Part shown: positions 1 through 14,757 of the stretch, one piece after another | Numbering within the stretch: position 1 is the stretch's first letter | How the letters are laid out: each line of letters opens with the position of its first letter | Assembly: GCA_964016885.1 (NCBI GenBank) | Contig: OZ024759.1 | Span: forward strand, 6,138,001-6,202,000 | Reading direction: 5' to 3' | DNA length: 64,000 bases | Origin: Eledone cirrhosa | Taxonomy: Eukaryota | Position numbers and translations under genes: made by a program | The notes under the pieces: generated by a model | What the model was told of the DNA's origin: nothing | The model's input: only the letters and a program-made list of their open reading frames with translations | The model's database searches: none

Positions 1-3000
1 CATTAAATATTAAAGTCTTTACTGTAATACTGTAAATATTCAAAACAATCTGTCCACCAGTAAAGATACTATAAACATTTAGTACAAAACAACACTATGA
101 CTACATCACAAAGTCTTTACTGTAATACTGTAAATATTCACAATAATCTGTATACCAGTAAAGATACTATAAACATTTAGTACAAAACAACACTATGACT
201 ACATCACATTAAATATTAAAGTCTTTACTGTAATACTGTAAATGTTCACAACAATCTGTCCACTAGTAAAGATACTATAAACGTTTAGTACAAAACAACA
301 CTATGACTACATCACATTAAATATTAAAGTCTTTACTGTAATACTGTAAATATTCACAACAATCTGTCCACCAGTAAAGATACTATAAACATTTAGTACA
401 AAACAACACTATGACTACATCACAAAGTCTTTACTGTAATACTGTAAATATTCACAATAATCTGTCTACCAGTAAAGATACTATAAACATTTAGTACAAA
501 ACAACACTATGACTACATCACATTAAATATGAAAGTCTTTACTGTAATACTGTAAATGTTCACAACAATCTGTCCACTAGTAAAGATACTATAAACGTTT
601 AGTACAAAACAACACTATGACTACATCACATTAAATATTAAAGTCTTTACTGTAATACTGTAAATGTTCACAACAATCTGTCCGCTAGTAAAGATACTAT
701 AAACGTTTAGTACAAAACAACACTATGACTATATCACATTAAATATTAAAGTCTTTACTGTAATACTGTAAATATTCACAACAATCTGTCCACCAGTAAA
801 GATGCTATAAACATTTAGTACAAAACAACACTATGACTACATCACATTAAATATTAAAGTCTTTACTGTAATACTGTAAATGTTCACAACAATCTGTCCA
901 CTAGTAAAGATACTATAAACGTTTAGTACAAAACAAAACTATGACTACATCACATTAAATATTAAAGTCTTTACTGTAATACTGTAAATATTCACAACAA
1001 TCTGTCCACCAGTTAAGATACTATAAACATTTAGTACAAAACAACACTATGACTACATCACATTAAATATTAAAGTATTTACTGTAATACTGTAAATATT
1101 CACAACAATCTGTCCACCAGTAAAGATACTATAAACATTTAGTACAAAACAACACTTTGACTACATCACATTAAATATTACAGTCTTCACTGTAATACTG
1201 TAAATATTCACAACAATCTGTCCACCAGTAAAGATACTATAAACATTTAGTACAAAACACTATGACTACATCACAATAAATATTAAAGTCTTTACTGTAA
1301 TACTGTAAATGTTCACAACAATTTGTCTACCAGTAAAGATACTATCAACATTTAGTACAAAACAACACTATGACTACATCACATTAAATATTAAAGTCTT
1401 TACTGTAATACTGTAAATATTCACAACAATATGTCCACCAGTAAAGATACTATAAACATTTAGTACAAAACAACACTATGACTACATCACATTAAATATT
1501 AAAGTCTTTACTGTAATACTGTAAATATTCACAACAATCTGTCCACTAGTAAAGATACTATAAACATTGAGTACAAAACAACACTATGACTACATCACAT
1601 TAAATATTAAAGTCTTTACTGTAATACTGTAAATGTTCACAACAATCTGTCCACCAGTAAAGATACTATCAACATTTAGTACAAAACAACACTATGACTA
1701 CATCACATTAAATATTAAAGTCTTTACTGTAATACTGTAAATATTCACAATAATCTGTCTACTAGTAAAGATACTATAAACATTTAGTACAAAAGAATAC
1801 TATGACTACATCACATTAAATATTAAAGTCTTTACTGTAATACTGTAAATATTCACAACAATCTGTCCACCAGTAAAGATACTATAAACATTTAGTACAA
1901 AACAACACTGACTACATCACATTAAATATTGAAGTCTTTATTGTAATACTGTAAATATTCACAACAATCTGCCCACCAGTAAAGATACTATCAACATTTA
2001 GTACAAAACAACACTATGACTACATCACATTAAATATTAAAGACTTTACTGTAATACTGTAAATGTTCACAACAATCTGTCCACCAGTAAAGATACTATA
2101 AACATTTAGTACAAAACAACACTATGACTACATCACATTAAATATTAAAGTCTTTACTGTAATACTATAAATATTCACAACAATCTGTCTACTAGTAAAG
2201 ATACTATAAACATTTAGTACAAAACAATACTATGACTACGTCACATTAAATATTAAAGTCTTTACTGTAATACTGTAAATGTTCACAACAATCTGTCCAC
2301 TAGTAAAGATACTATAAACGTTTAGTACAAAACAACACTATGACTACATCACATTAAATATTAAAGTCTTTACTGTAATACTGTAAATGTTCACAACAAT
2401 CTGTCCACTAGTAAAGATACTATAAACGTTTAGTACAAAACAACACTATGACTATATCACATTAAATATTAAAGTCTTTACTGTAATACTGTAAATATTC
2501 ACAACAATCTGTCCACCAGTAAAGATACTATAAACATTTAGTACAAAACAACACTATGACTACATCACAAAGTCTTTACTGTAATACTGTAAATATTCAC
2601 AATAATCTGTCTACCAGTAAAGATACTATAAACATTTAGTACAAAACAACACTATGACTACATCACATTAAATATTAAAGTCTTTACTGTAATACTGTAA
2701 ATATTCACAACAATCTGTCCACCAGTAAAGATACTATAAACATTTAGTACAAAACAACACTATGACTACATCACAAAGTCTTTACTGTAATACTGTAAAT
2801 ATTCACAACAATCTGTCCACCAGTAAAGATACTATAAACATTTAGTACAAAACAACACTATGACTACATCACATTAAATATTAAAGTCTTTACTGTAATA
2901 CTGTAAATGTTCACAACAATCTGTCCACTAGTAAAGATACTATAAACGTTTAGTACAAAACAACACTATGACTACATCACATTAAATATTAAAGTCTTTA

Positions 3001-6000
3001 CTGTAATACTTTAAATATTCACAACAATCTGTCCACCAGTTAAGATACTATAAACATTTAGTACAAAACAACACTATGACTACATCACATTAAATATTAA
3101 AGTCTTTACTGTAATACTATAAATATTCACAACAATCTGTCTACTAGTAAAGATACTATAAACATTTAGTACAAAACAATACTATGACTACATCACATTA
3201 AATATTAAAGTCTTTACTGTAATACTGTAAATATTCACAACAATATGTCCACCAGTAAAGATACTATAAACATTTAGTACAAAACAACACTATGACTACA
3301 TCACAAAGTCTTTACTGTAATACTGTAAATATTCACAATAATCTGCCTACCAGTAAAGATACTAAAAACATTTAGTACAAAACAACACTATGACTACATC
3401 ACATTAAATATTAAAGTCTTTACTGTAATACTGTAAATGTTCACAACAATCTGTCCACTAGTAAAGATACTATAAACGTTTAGTACAAAACAACACTATG
3501 ACTACATCACATTAAATATTAAAGTCTTTACTGTAATACTGTAAATATTCACAACAATCTGTCTACTAGTAAAGATACTATAAACATTTAGTACAAAACA
3601 ATACTGTGACTACATCACATTAAATATTAAAGTCTTTACTGTAATACTGTAAATGTTCACAACAATCTGTCCACCAGTAAAGATACTATCAACATTTAGT
3701 ACAAAACAACACTATGACTACATCACATTAAATATTAAAGTCTTTACTGTAATACTGTAAATATTCACAACAATCTGTCCACCAGTAAAGATACTATAAA
3801 CATTTAGTACAAAACAACACTGACTACATCACATTAAATATTAAAGTATTTACTGTAATACTGTAAATATTCACAACAATCTGTCCACCAGTAAAGATAC
3901 TATAAACATTTAGTACAAAACAACACTATGACTACATCACATTAAATATTAAAGACTTTACTGTAATACTGTAAATGTTCACAACAATCTGTCCACCAGT
4001 AAAGATACTATAAACATTTAGTACAAAACAACACTATGACTACATCACATTAAATATTAAAGTCTTTACTGTAATACTATAAATATTCACAACAATCTGT
4101 CTACTAGTAAAGATACTATAAACATTTAGTACAAAACAATACCATGACTACATCACATTAAATATTAAAGTCTTTACTGTAATACTGTAAATATTCACAA
4201 CAATCTGTCCACCAGTAAAGATACTATAAACATTTAGTACAAAACAACACTATGACTACATCACATTAAATATTAAAGTCTTTACTGTAATACTGTAAAT
4301 ATTCACAACAATCTGTCTACCAGTAAAGATACTATAAACATTTAGTACAAAACAACACTATGACTACATCACATTAAATATTAAAGTCTTTACTGTAATA
4401 CTGTAAATGTTCACAACAATCTGTCCACTAGTAAAGATACTATAAACGTTTAGTACAAAACAACACTATGACTACATCACATTAAATATTAAAGTCTTTA
4501 CTGTAATACTGTAAATATTCACAACAATCTGTCCACCAGTTAAGATACTATAAACATTTAGTACAAAACAACACTATGACTACATCACATTAAATATTAA
4601 AGTATTTACTGTAATACTGTAAATATTCACAACAATCTGTCCACCAGTAAAGATACTATTAACATTTAGTACAAAACAACACTATGACTACATCACATTA
4701 AATATTACAGTCTTTACTGTAATACTGTAAATATTCACAACAATCTGTCCACCAGTAAAGATACTATAAACATTTAGTACAAAACAACACTATGACTACA
4801 TCACATTAAATATTAAAGTCTTTACTGTAATACGATAAATTTCCACAACAATCTGTCTACCAGTAAAGATACTACAAAGATTTAGTACAAAACAACACTA
4901 TGACTACATCACATTAAATATTAAAGTCTTTACTGTAATACTGTAAATGTTCACAACAATCTGTCCACCAGTAAAGATACTATAAACATTTAGTACAAAA
5001 CAACACTATGACTACATCACATTAAATATTAAAGTCTTTACTGTAATACTGTAAATATTCACAACAATCTGTCCACTAGTAAAGATACTATAAACATTGA
5101 GTACAAAACAACACTATGACTACATCACATTAAATATTAAAGTCTTTACTGTAATACTGTAAATGTTCACAACAATCTGTCCACCAGTAAAGATACTATC
5201 AACATTTAGTACAAAACAACACTATGACTACATCACATTAAATATTAAAGTCTTTACTGTAATACTGTAAATATTCACAATAATCTGTCTACTAGTAAAG
5301 ATACTATAAACATTTAGTACAAAAGAATACTATGACTACATCACATTAAATATTAAAGTCTTTACTGTAATACTGTAAATATTCACAACAATCTGTCCAC
5401 CAGTAAAGATACTATAAACATTTAGTACAAAACAACACTGACTACATCACATTAAATATTGAAGTCTTTATTGTAATACTGTAAATATTCACAACAATCT
5501 GTCCACCAGTAAAGATACTATCAACATTTAGTACAAAACAACACTATGACTACATCACATTAAATATTAAAGACTTTACTGTAATACTGTAAATGTTCAC
5601 AACAATCTGTCCACCAGTAAAGATACTATAAACATTTAGTACAAAACAACACTATGACTACATCACATTAAATATTAAAGTCTTTACTGTAATACTATAA
5701 ATATTCACAACAATCTGTCTACTAGTAAAGATACTATAAACATTTAGTACAAAACAATACCATGACTACATCACATTAAATATTAAAGTCTTTACTGTAA
5801 TACTGTAAATATTCACAACAATCTCTCCACCAGTAAAGATACTATCAACATTTAGTACAAAACAACACTATGACTACATCACATTAAATATTAAAGTCTT
5901 TACTGTAATACTATAAATATTCACAACAATCTGTCTACTAGTAAAGATACTATAAACATTTAGTACAAAACAATACTATGACTACGTCACATTAAATATT

Positions 6001-7488
6001 AAAGTCTTTACTGTAATACTGTAAATGTTCACAACAATCTGTCCACTAGTAAAGATACTATAAACGTTTAGTACAAAACAACACTATGACTACATCACAT
6101 TAAATATTAAAGTCTTTACTGTAATACTGTAAATATTCACAACAATCTGTCCACCAGTAAAGATACTATAAACATTTAGTACAAAACAACACTATGACTA
6201 CATCACATTAAATATTACAGTCTTTACTGTAATACTGTAAATATTCACAACAATCTGTCCACCAGTAAAGATACTATAAACATTTAGTACAAAACAACAC
6301 TATGACTACATCACAAAGTCTTTACTGTAATACTGTAAATATTCACAATAATCTGTCTACCAGTAAAGATACTATAAACATTTAGTACAAAACAACACTA
6401 TGACTACATCACATTAAATATTAAAGTCTTTACTGTAATACTGTAAATGTTCACAACAATCTGTCCACTAGTAAAGATACTATAAACGTTTAGTACAAAA
6501 CAACACTATGACTACATCACATTAAATATTAAAGTCTTTACTGTAATACTGTAAATGTTCACAACAATCTGTCCACTAGTAAAGATACTATAAACGTTTA
6601 GTACAAAACAACACTATGACTATATCACATTAAATATTAAAGTCTTTACTGTAATACTGTAAATATTCACAACAATCTGTCCACCAGTAAAGATACTATA
6701 AAAATTTAGTACAAAACAACACTATGACTACATCACATTAAATATTAAAGTCTTTACTGTAATACTGTAAATGTTCACAACAATCTGTCCACTAGTAAAG
6801 ATACTATAAACGTTTAGTACAAAACAAAACTATGACTACATCACATTAAATATTAAAGTCTTTACTGTAATACTGTAAATATTCACAACAATCTGTCCAC
6901 CAGTTAAGATACTATAAACATTTAGTACAAAACAACACTATGACTACATCACATTAAATATTAAAGTATTTACTGTAATACTGTAAATATTCACAACAAT
7001 CTGTCCACCAGTAAAGATACTATAAACATTTAGTACAAAACAACACTTTGACTACATCACATTAAATATTACAGTCTTTACTGTAATACTGTAAATATTC
7101 ACAACAATCTGTCCACCAGTAAAGATACTATAAACATTTAGTACAAAACACTATGACTACATCACATTAAATATTAAAGTCTTTACTGTAATACTGTAAA
7201 TATTCACAACAATCTGTCCACCAGTAAAGATACTATAAACATTTAGTACAAAAGAATACTATGACTACATCACATTAAATATTAAAGTCTTTACTGTAAT
7301 ACTGTAAATGTTCACAACAATTTGTCTACCAGTAAAGATACTATCAACATTTAGTACAAAACAACACTATGACTACATCACATTAAATATTAAAGTCTTT
7401 ACTGTAATACTATAAATATTCACAACAATCTGTCTACTAGTAAAGATACTATAAACATTTAGTACAAAACAATACTATGACTACATCA
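1..7488 (+). repeat. HOR type A, copy 1 (70 monomers, 7488 bp)
   Basis: Rare markers recur at +7488: TTCAAAACAATC in monomers starting at 1 and 7489, TCCGCTAG at 681 and 8169. 70x108=7560, minus six 10-bp, two 3-bp and three 2-bp deletions (72 bp), gives 7488. The phase of the unit start is arbitrary. Confidence 0.92.
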
Positions 7489-10400
7489 CATTAAATATTA
7501 AAGTCTTTACTGTAATACTGTAAATATTCAAAACAATCTGTCCACCAGTAAAGATACTATAAACATTTAGTACAAAACAACACTATGACTACATCACAAA
7601 GTCTTTACTGTAATACTGTAAATATTCACAATAATCTGTATACCAGTAAAGATACTATAAACATTTAGTACAAAACAACACTATGACTACATCACATTAA
7701 ATATTAAAGTCTTTACTGTAATACTGTAAATGTTCACAACAATCTGTCCACTAGTAAAGATACTATAAACGTTTAGTACAAAACAACACTATGACTACAT
7801 CACATTAAATATTAAAGTCTTTACTGTAATACTGTAAATATTCACAACAATCTGTCCACCAGTAAAGATACTATAAACATTTAGTACAAAACAACACTAT
7901 GACTACATCACAAAGTCTTTACTGTAATACTGTAAATATTCACAATAATCTGTCTACCAGTAAAGATACTATAAACATTTAGTACAAAACAACACTATGA
8001 CTACATCACATTAAATATGAAAGTCTTTACTGTAATACTGTAAATGTTCACAACAATCTGTCCACTAGTAAAGATACTATAAACGTTTAGTACAAAACAA
8101 CACTATGACTACATCACATTAAATATTAAAGTCTTTACTGTAATACTGTAAATGTTCACAACAATCTGTCCGCTAGTAAAGATACTATAAACGTTTAGTA
8201 CAAAACAACACTATGACTATATCACATTAAATATTAAAGTCTTTACTGTAATACTGTAAATATTCACAACAATCTGTCCACCAGTAAAGATGCTATAAAC
8301 ATTTAGTACAAAACAACACTATGACTACATCACATTAAATATTAAAGTCTTTACTGTAATACTGTAAATGTTCACAACAATCTGTCCACTAGTAAAGATA
8401 CTATAAACGTTTAGTACAAAACAAAACTATGACTACATCACATTAAATATTAAAGTCTTTACTGTAATACTGTAAATATTCACAACAATCTGTCCACCAG
8501 TTAAGATACTATAAACATTTAGTACAAAACAACACTATGACTACATCACATTAAATATTAAAGTATTTACTGTAATACTGTAAATATTCACAACAATCTG
8601 TCCACCAGTAAAGATACTATAAACATTTAGTACAAAACAACACTTTGACTACATCACATTAAATATTACAGTCTTCACTGTAATACTGTAAATATTCACA
8701 ACAATCTGTCCACCAGTAAAGATACTATAAACATTTAGTACAAAACACTATGACTACATCACAATAAATATTAAAGTCTTTACTGTAATACTGTAAATGT
8801 TCACAACAATTTGTCTACCAGTAAAGATACTATCAACATTTAGTACAAAACAACACTATGACTACATCACATTAAATATTAAAGTCTTTACTGTAATACT
8901 GTAAATATTCACAACAATATGTCCACCAGTAAAGATACTATAAACATTTAGTACAAAACAACACTATGACTACATCACATTAAATATTAAAGTCTTTACT
9001 GTAATACTGTAAATATTCACAACAATCTGTCCACTAGTAAAGATACTATAAACATTGAGTACAAAACAACACTATGACTACATCACATTAAATATTAAAG
9101 TCTTTACTGTAATACTGTAAATGTTCACAACAATCTGTCCACCAGTAAAGATACTATCAACATTTAGTACAAAACAACACTATGACTACATCACATTAAA
9201 TATTAAAGTCTTTACTGTAATACTGTAAATATTCACAATAATCTGTCTACTAGTAAAGATACTATAAACATTTAGTACAAAAGAATACTATGACTACATC
9301 ACATTAAATATTAAAGTCTTTACTGTAATACTGTAAATATTCACAACAATCTGTCCACCAGTAAAGATACTATAAACATTTAGTACAAAACAACACTGAC
9401 TACATCACATTAAATATTGAAGTCTTTACTGTAATACTATAAATATTCACAACAATCTGTCTACTAGTAAAGATACTATAAACATTTAGTACAAAACAAT
9501 ACTATGACTACGTCACATTAAATATTAAAGTCTTTACTGTAATACTGTAAATGTTCACAACAATCTGTCCACTAGTAAAGATACTATAAACGTTTAGTAC
9601 AAAACAACACTATGACTACATCACATTAAATATTAAAGTCTTTACTGTAATACTGTAAATGTTCACAACAATCTGTCCACTAGTAAAGATACTATAAACG
9701 TTTAGTACAAAACAACACTATGACTATATCACATTAAATATTAAAGTCTTTACTGTAATACTGTAAATATTCACAACAATCTGTCCACCAGTAAAGATAC
9801 TATAAACATTTAGTACAAAACAACACTATGACTACATCACAAAGTCTTTACTGTAATACTGTAAATATTCACAATAATCTGTCTACCAGTAAAGATACTA
9901 TAAACATTTAGTACAAAACAACACTATGACTACATCACATTAAATATTAAAGTCTTTACTGTAATACTGTAAATATTCACAACAATCTGTCCACCAGTAA
10001 AGATACTATAAACATTTAGTACAAAACAACACTATGACTACATCACAAAGTCTTTACTGTAATACTGTAAATATTCACAACAATCTGTCCACCAGTAAAG
10101 ATACTATAAACATTTAGTACAAAACAACACTATGACTACATCACATTAAATATTAAAGTCTTTACTGTAATACTGTAAATGTTCACAACAATCTGTCCAC
10201 TAGTAAAGATACTATAAACGTTTAGTACAAAACAACACTATGACTACATCACATTAAATATTAAAGTCTTTACTGTAATACTTTAAATATTCACAACAAT
10301 CTGTCCACCAGTTAAGATACTATAAACATTTAGTACAAAACAACACTATGACTACATCACATTAAATATTAAAGTCTTTACTGTAATACTATAAATATTC

Positions 10401-13400
10401 ACAACAATCTGTCTACTAGTAAAGATACTATAAACATTTAGTACAAAACAATACTATGACTACATCACATTAAATATTAAAGTCTTTACTGTAATACTGT
10501 AAATATTCACAACAATATGTCCACCAGTAAAGATACTATAAACATTTAGTACAAAACAACACTATGACTACATCACAAAGTCTTTACTGTAATACTGTAA
10601 ATATTCACAATAATCTGCCTACCAGTAAAGATACTAAAAACATTTAGTACAAAACAACACTATGACTACATCACATTAAATATTAAAGTCTTTACTGTAA
10701 TACTGTAAATGTTCACAACAATCTGTCCACTAGTAAAGATACTATAAACGTTTAGTACAAAACAACACTATGACTACATCACATTAAATATTAAAGTCTT
10801 TACTGTAATACTGTAAATATTCACAACAATCTGTCTACTAGTAAAGATACTATAAACATTTAGTACAAAACAATACTGTGACTACATCACATTAAATATT
10901 AAAGTCTTTACTGTAATACTGTAAATGTTCACAACAATCTGTCCACCAGTAAAGATACTATCAACATTTAGTACAAAACAACACTATGACTACATCACAT
11001 TAAATATTAAAGTCTTTACTGTAATACTGTAAATATTCACAACAATCTGTCCACCAGTAAAGATACTATAAACATTTAGTACAAAACAACACTGACTACA
11101 TCACATTAAATATTAAAGTATTTACTGTAATACTGTAAATATTCACAACAATCTGTCCACCAGTAAAGATACTATAAACATTTAGTACAAAACAACACTA
11201 TGACTACATCACATTAAATATTAAAGACTTTACTGTAATACTGTAAATGTTCACAACAATCTGTCCACCAGTAAAGATACTATAAACATTTAGTACAAAA
11301 CAACACTATGACTACATCACATTAAATATTAAAGTCTTTACTGTAATACTATAAATATTCACAACAATCTGTCTACTAGTAAAGATACTATAAACATTTA
11401 GTACAAAACAATACCATGACTACATCACATTAAATATTAAAGTCTTTACTGTAATACTGTAAATATTCACAACAATCTGTCCACCAGTAAAGATACTATA
11501 AACATTTAGTACAAAACAACACTATGACTACATCACATTAAATATTAAAGTCTTTACTGTAATACTGTAAATATTCACAACAATCTGTCTACCAGTAAAG
11601 ATACTATAAACATTTAGTACAAAACAACACTATGACTACATCACATTAAATATTAAAGTCTTTACTGTAATACTGTAAATGTTCACAACAATCTGTCCAC
11701 TAGTAAAGATACTATAAACGTTTAGTACAAAACAACACTATGACTACATCACATTAAATATTAAAGTCTTTACTGTAATACTGTAAATGTTCACAACAAT
11801 CTGTCCACTAGTAAAGATACTATAAACGTTTAGTACAAAACAACACTATGACTACATCACATTAAATATTAAAGTCTTTACTGTAATACTGTAAATATTC
11901 ACAACAATCTGTCCACCAGTTAAGATACTATAAACATTTAGTACAAAACAACACTATGACTACATCACATTAAATATTAAAGTATTTACTGTAATACTGT
12001 AAATATTCACAACAATCTGTCCACCAGTAAAGATACTATAAACATTTAGTACAAAACAACACTATGACTACATCACATTAAATATTACAGTCTTTACTGT
12101 AATACTGTAAATATTCACAACAATCTGTCCACCAGTAAAGATACTATAAACATTTAGTACAAAACACTATGACTACATCACATTAAATATTAAAGTCTTT
12201 ACTGTAATACTGTAAATATTCACAACAATCTGTCCACCAGTAAAGATACTATAAACATTTAGTACAAAACAACACTATGACTACATCACATTAAATATTA
12301 AAGTCTTTACTGTAATACTGTAAATATTCACAACAATCTGTCCACTAGTAAAGATACTATAAACATTGAGTACAAAACAACACTATGACTACATCACATT
12401 AAATATTAAAGTCTTTACTGTAATACTGTAAATGTTCACAACAATCTGTGCACCAGTAAAGATACTATCAACATTTAGTACAAAACAACACTATGACTAC
12501 ATCACATTAAATATTAAAGTCTTTACTGTAATACTGTAAATATTCACAATAATCTGTCTACTAGTAAAGATACTATAAACATTTAGTACAAAAGAATACT
12601 ATGACTACATCACATTAAATATTAAAGTCTTTACTGTAATACTGTAAATATTCACAACAATCTGTCCACCAGTAAAGATACTATAAACATTTAGTACAAA
12701 ACAACACTGACTACATCACATTAAATATTGAAGTCTTTATTGTAATACTGTAAATATTCACAACAATCTGTCCACCAGTAAAGATACTATCAACATTTAG
12801 TACAAAACAACACTATGACTACATCACATTAAATATTAAAGACTTTACTGTAATACTGTAAATGTTCACAACAATCTGTCCACCAGTAAAGATACTATAA
12901 ACATTTAGTACAAAACAACACTATGACTACATCACATTAAATATTAAAGTCTTTACTGTAATACTATAAATATTCACAACAATCTGTCTACTAGTAAAGA
13001 TACTATAAACATTTAGTACAAAACAATACCATGACTACATCACATTAAATATTAAAGTCTTTACTGTAATACTGTAAATATTCACAACAATCTCTCCACC
13101 AGTAAAGATACTATCAACATTTAGTACAAAACAACACTATGACTACATCACATTAAATATTAAAGTCTTTACTGTAATACTATAAATATTCACAACAATC
13201 TGTCTACTAGTAAAGATACTATAAACATTTAGTACAAAACAATACTATGACTACGTCACATTAAATATTAAAGTCTTTACTGTAATACTGTAAATGTTCA
13301 CAACAATCTGTCCACTAGTAAAGATACTATAAACGTTTAGTACAAAACAACACTATGACTACATCACATTAAATATTAAAGTCTTTACTGTAATACTGTA

Positions 13401-14757
13401 AATATTCACAACAATCTGTCCACCAGTAAAGATACTATAAACATTTAGTACAAAACAACACTATGACTACATCACATTAAATATTACAGTCTTTACTGTA
13501 ATACTGTAAATATTCACAACAATCTGTCCACCAGTAAAGATACTATAAACATTTAGTACAAAACAACACTATGACTACATCACAAAGTCTTTACTGTAAT
13601 ACTGTAAATATTCACAATAATCTGTCTACCAGTAAAGATACTATAAACATTTAGTACAAAACAACACTATGACTACATCACATTAAATATTAAAGTCTTT
13701 ACTGTAATACTGTAAATGTTCACAACAATCTGTCCACTAGTAAAGATACTATAAACGTTTAGTACAAAACAACACTATGACTACATCACATTAAATATTA
13801 AAGTCTTTACTGTAATACTGTAAATGTTCACAACAATCTGTCCACTAGTAAAGATACTATAAACGTTTAGTACAAAACAACACTATGACTATATCACATT
13901 AAATATTAAAGTCTTTACTGTAATACTGTAAATATTCACAACAATCTGTCCACCAGTAAAGATACTATAAAAATTTAGTACAAAACAACACTATGACTAC
14001 ATCACATTAAATATTAAAGTCTTTACTGTAATACTGTAAATGTTCACAACAATCTGTCCACTAGTAAAGATACTATAAACGTTTAGTACAAAACAAAACT
14101 ATGACTACATCACATTAAATATTAAAGTCTTTACTGTAATACTGTAAATATTCACAACAATCTGTCCACCAGTTAAGATACTATAAACATTTAGTACAAA
14201 ACAACACTATGACTACATCACATTAAATATTAAAGTATTTACTGTAATACTGTAAATATTCACAACAATCTGTCCACCAGTAAAGATACTATAAACATTT
14301 AGTACAAAACAACACTTTGACTACATCACATTAAATATTACAGTCTTTACTGTAATACTGTAAATATTCACAACAATCTGTCCACCAGTAAAGATACTAT
14401 AAACATTTAGTACAAAACACTATGACTACATCACATTAAATATTAAAGTCTTTACTGTAATACTGTAAATATTCACAACAATCTGTCCACCAGTAAAGAT
14501 ACTATAAACATTTAGTACAAAAGAATACTATGACTACATCACATTAAATATTAAAGTCTTTACTGTAATACTGTAAATGTTCACAACAATTTGTCTACCA
14601 GTAAAGATACTATCAACATTTAGTACAAAACAACACTATGACTACATCACATTAAATATTAAAGTCTTTACTGTAATACTATAAATATTCACAACAATCT
14701 GTCTACTAGTAAAGATACTATAAACATTTAGTACAAAACAATACTATGACTACATCA
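7489..14757 (+). repeat. HOR type A, copy 2 (68 monomers, 7269 bp), rearranged
   Basis: TCCGCTAG at 8169 and 15438 (+7269). 68x108=7344 minus 75 bp of counted deletions. Relative to copy 1 it has lost two monomers near 9420, gained one near 11750 and lost one near 12200. Confidence 0.9.

Noticed and set aside
16-66. MITE or transposon terminal inverted repeats, or an intrinsic terminator
   Set aside because: Only 9 bp, with no target-site duplication or transposase, and no GC-rich stem with U-tract. A remote transposon origin cannot be excluded without a database search.
67-76. TATA-box-like TATAAA in each monomer
   Set aside because: Expected by chance in 73% AT sequence, with no downstream gene or other support.
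1-108. CENP-B box
   Set aside because: The motif needs TTCG and CGGG; the consensus has no CpG and neither strand shows it.
1-108. Tandem 5S rRNA, tRNA or snRNA genes
   Set aside because: About 27% GC, with no recognisable Pol III boxes, cloverleaf or similarity to these RNAs that I can see.
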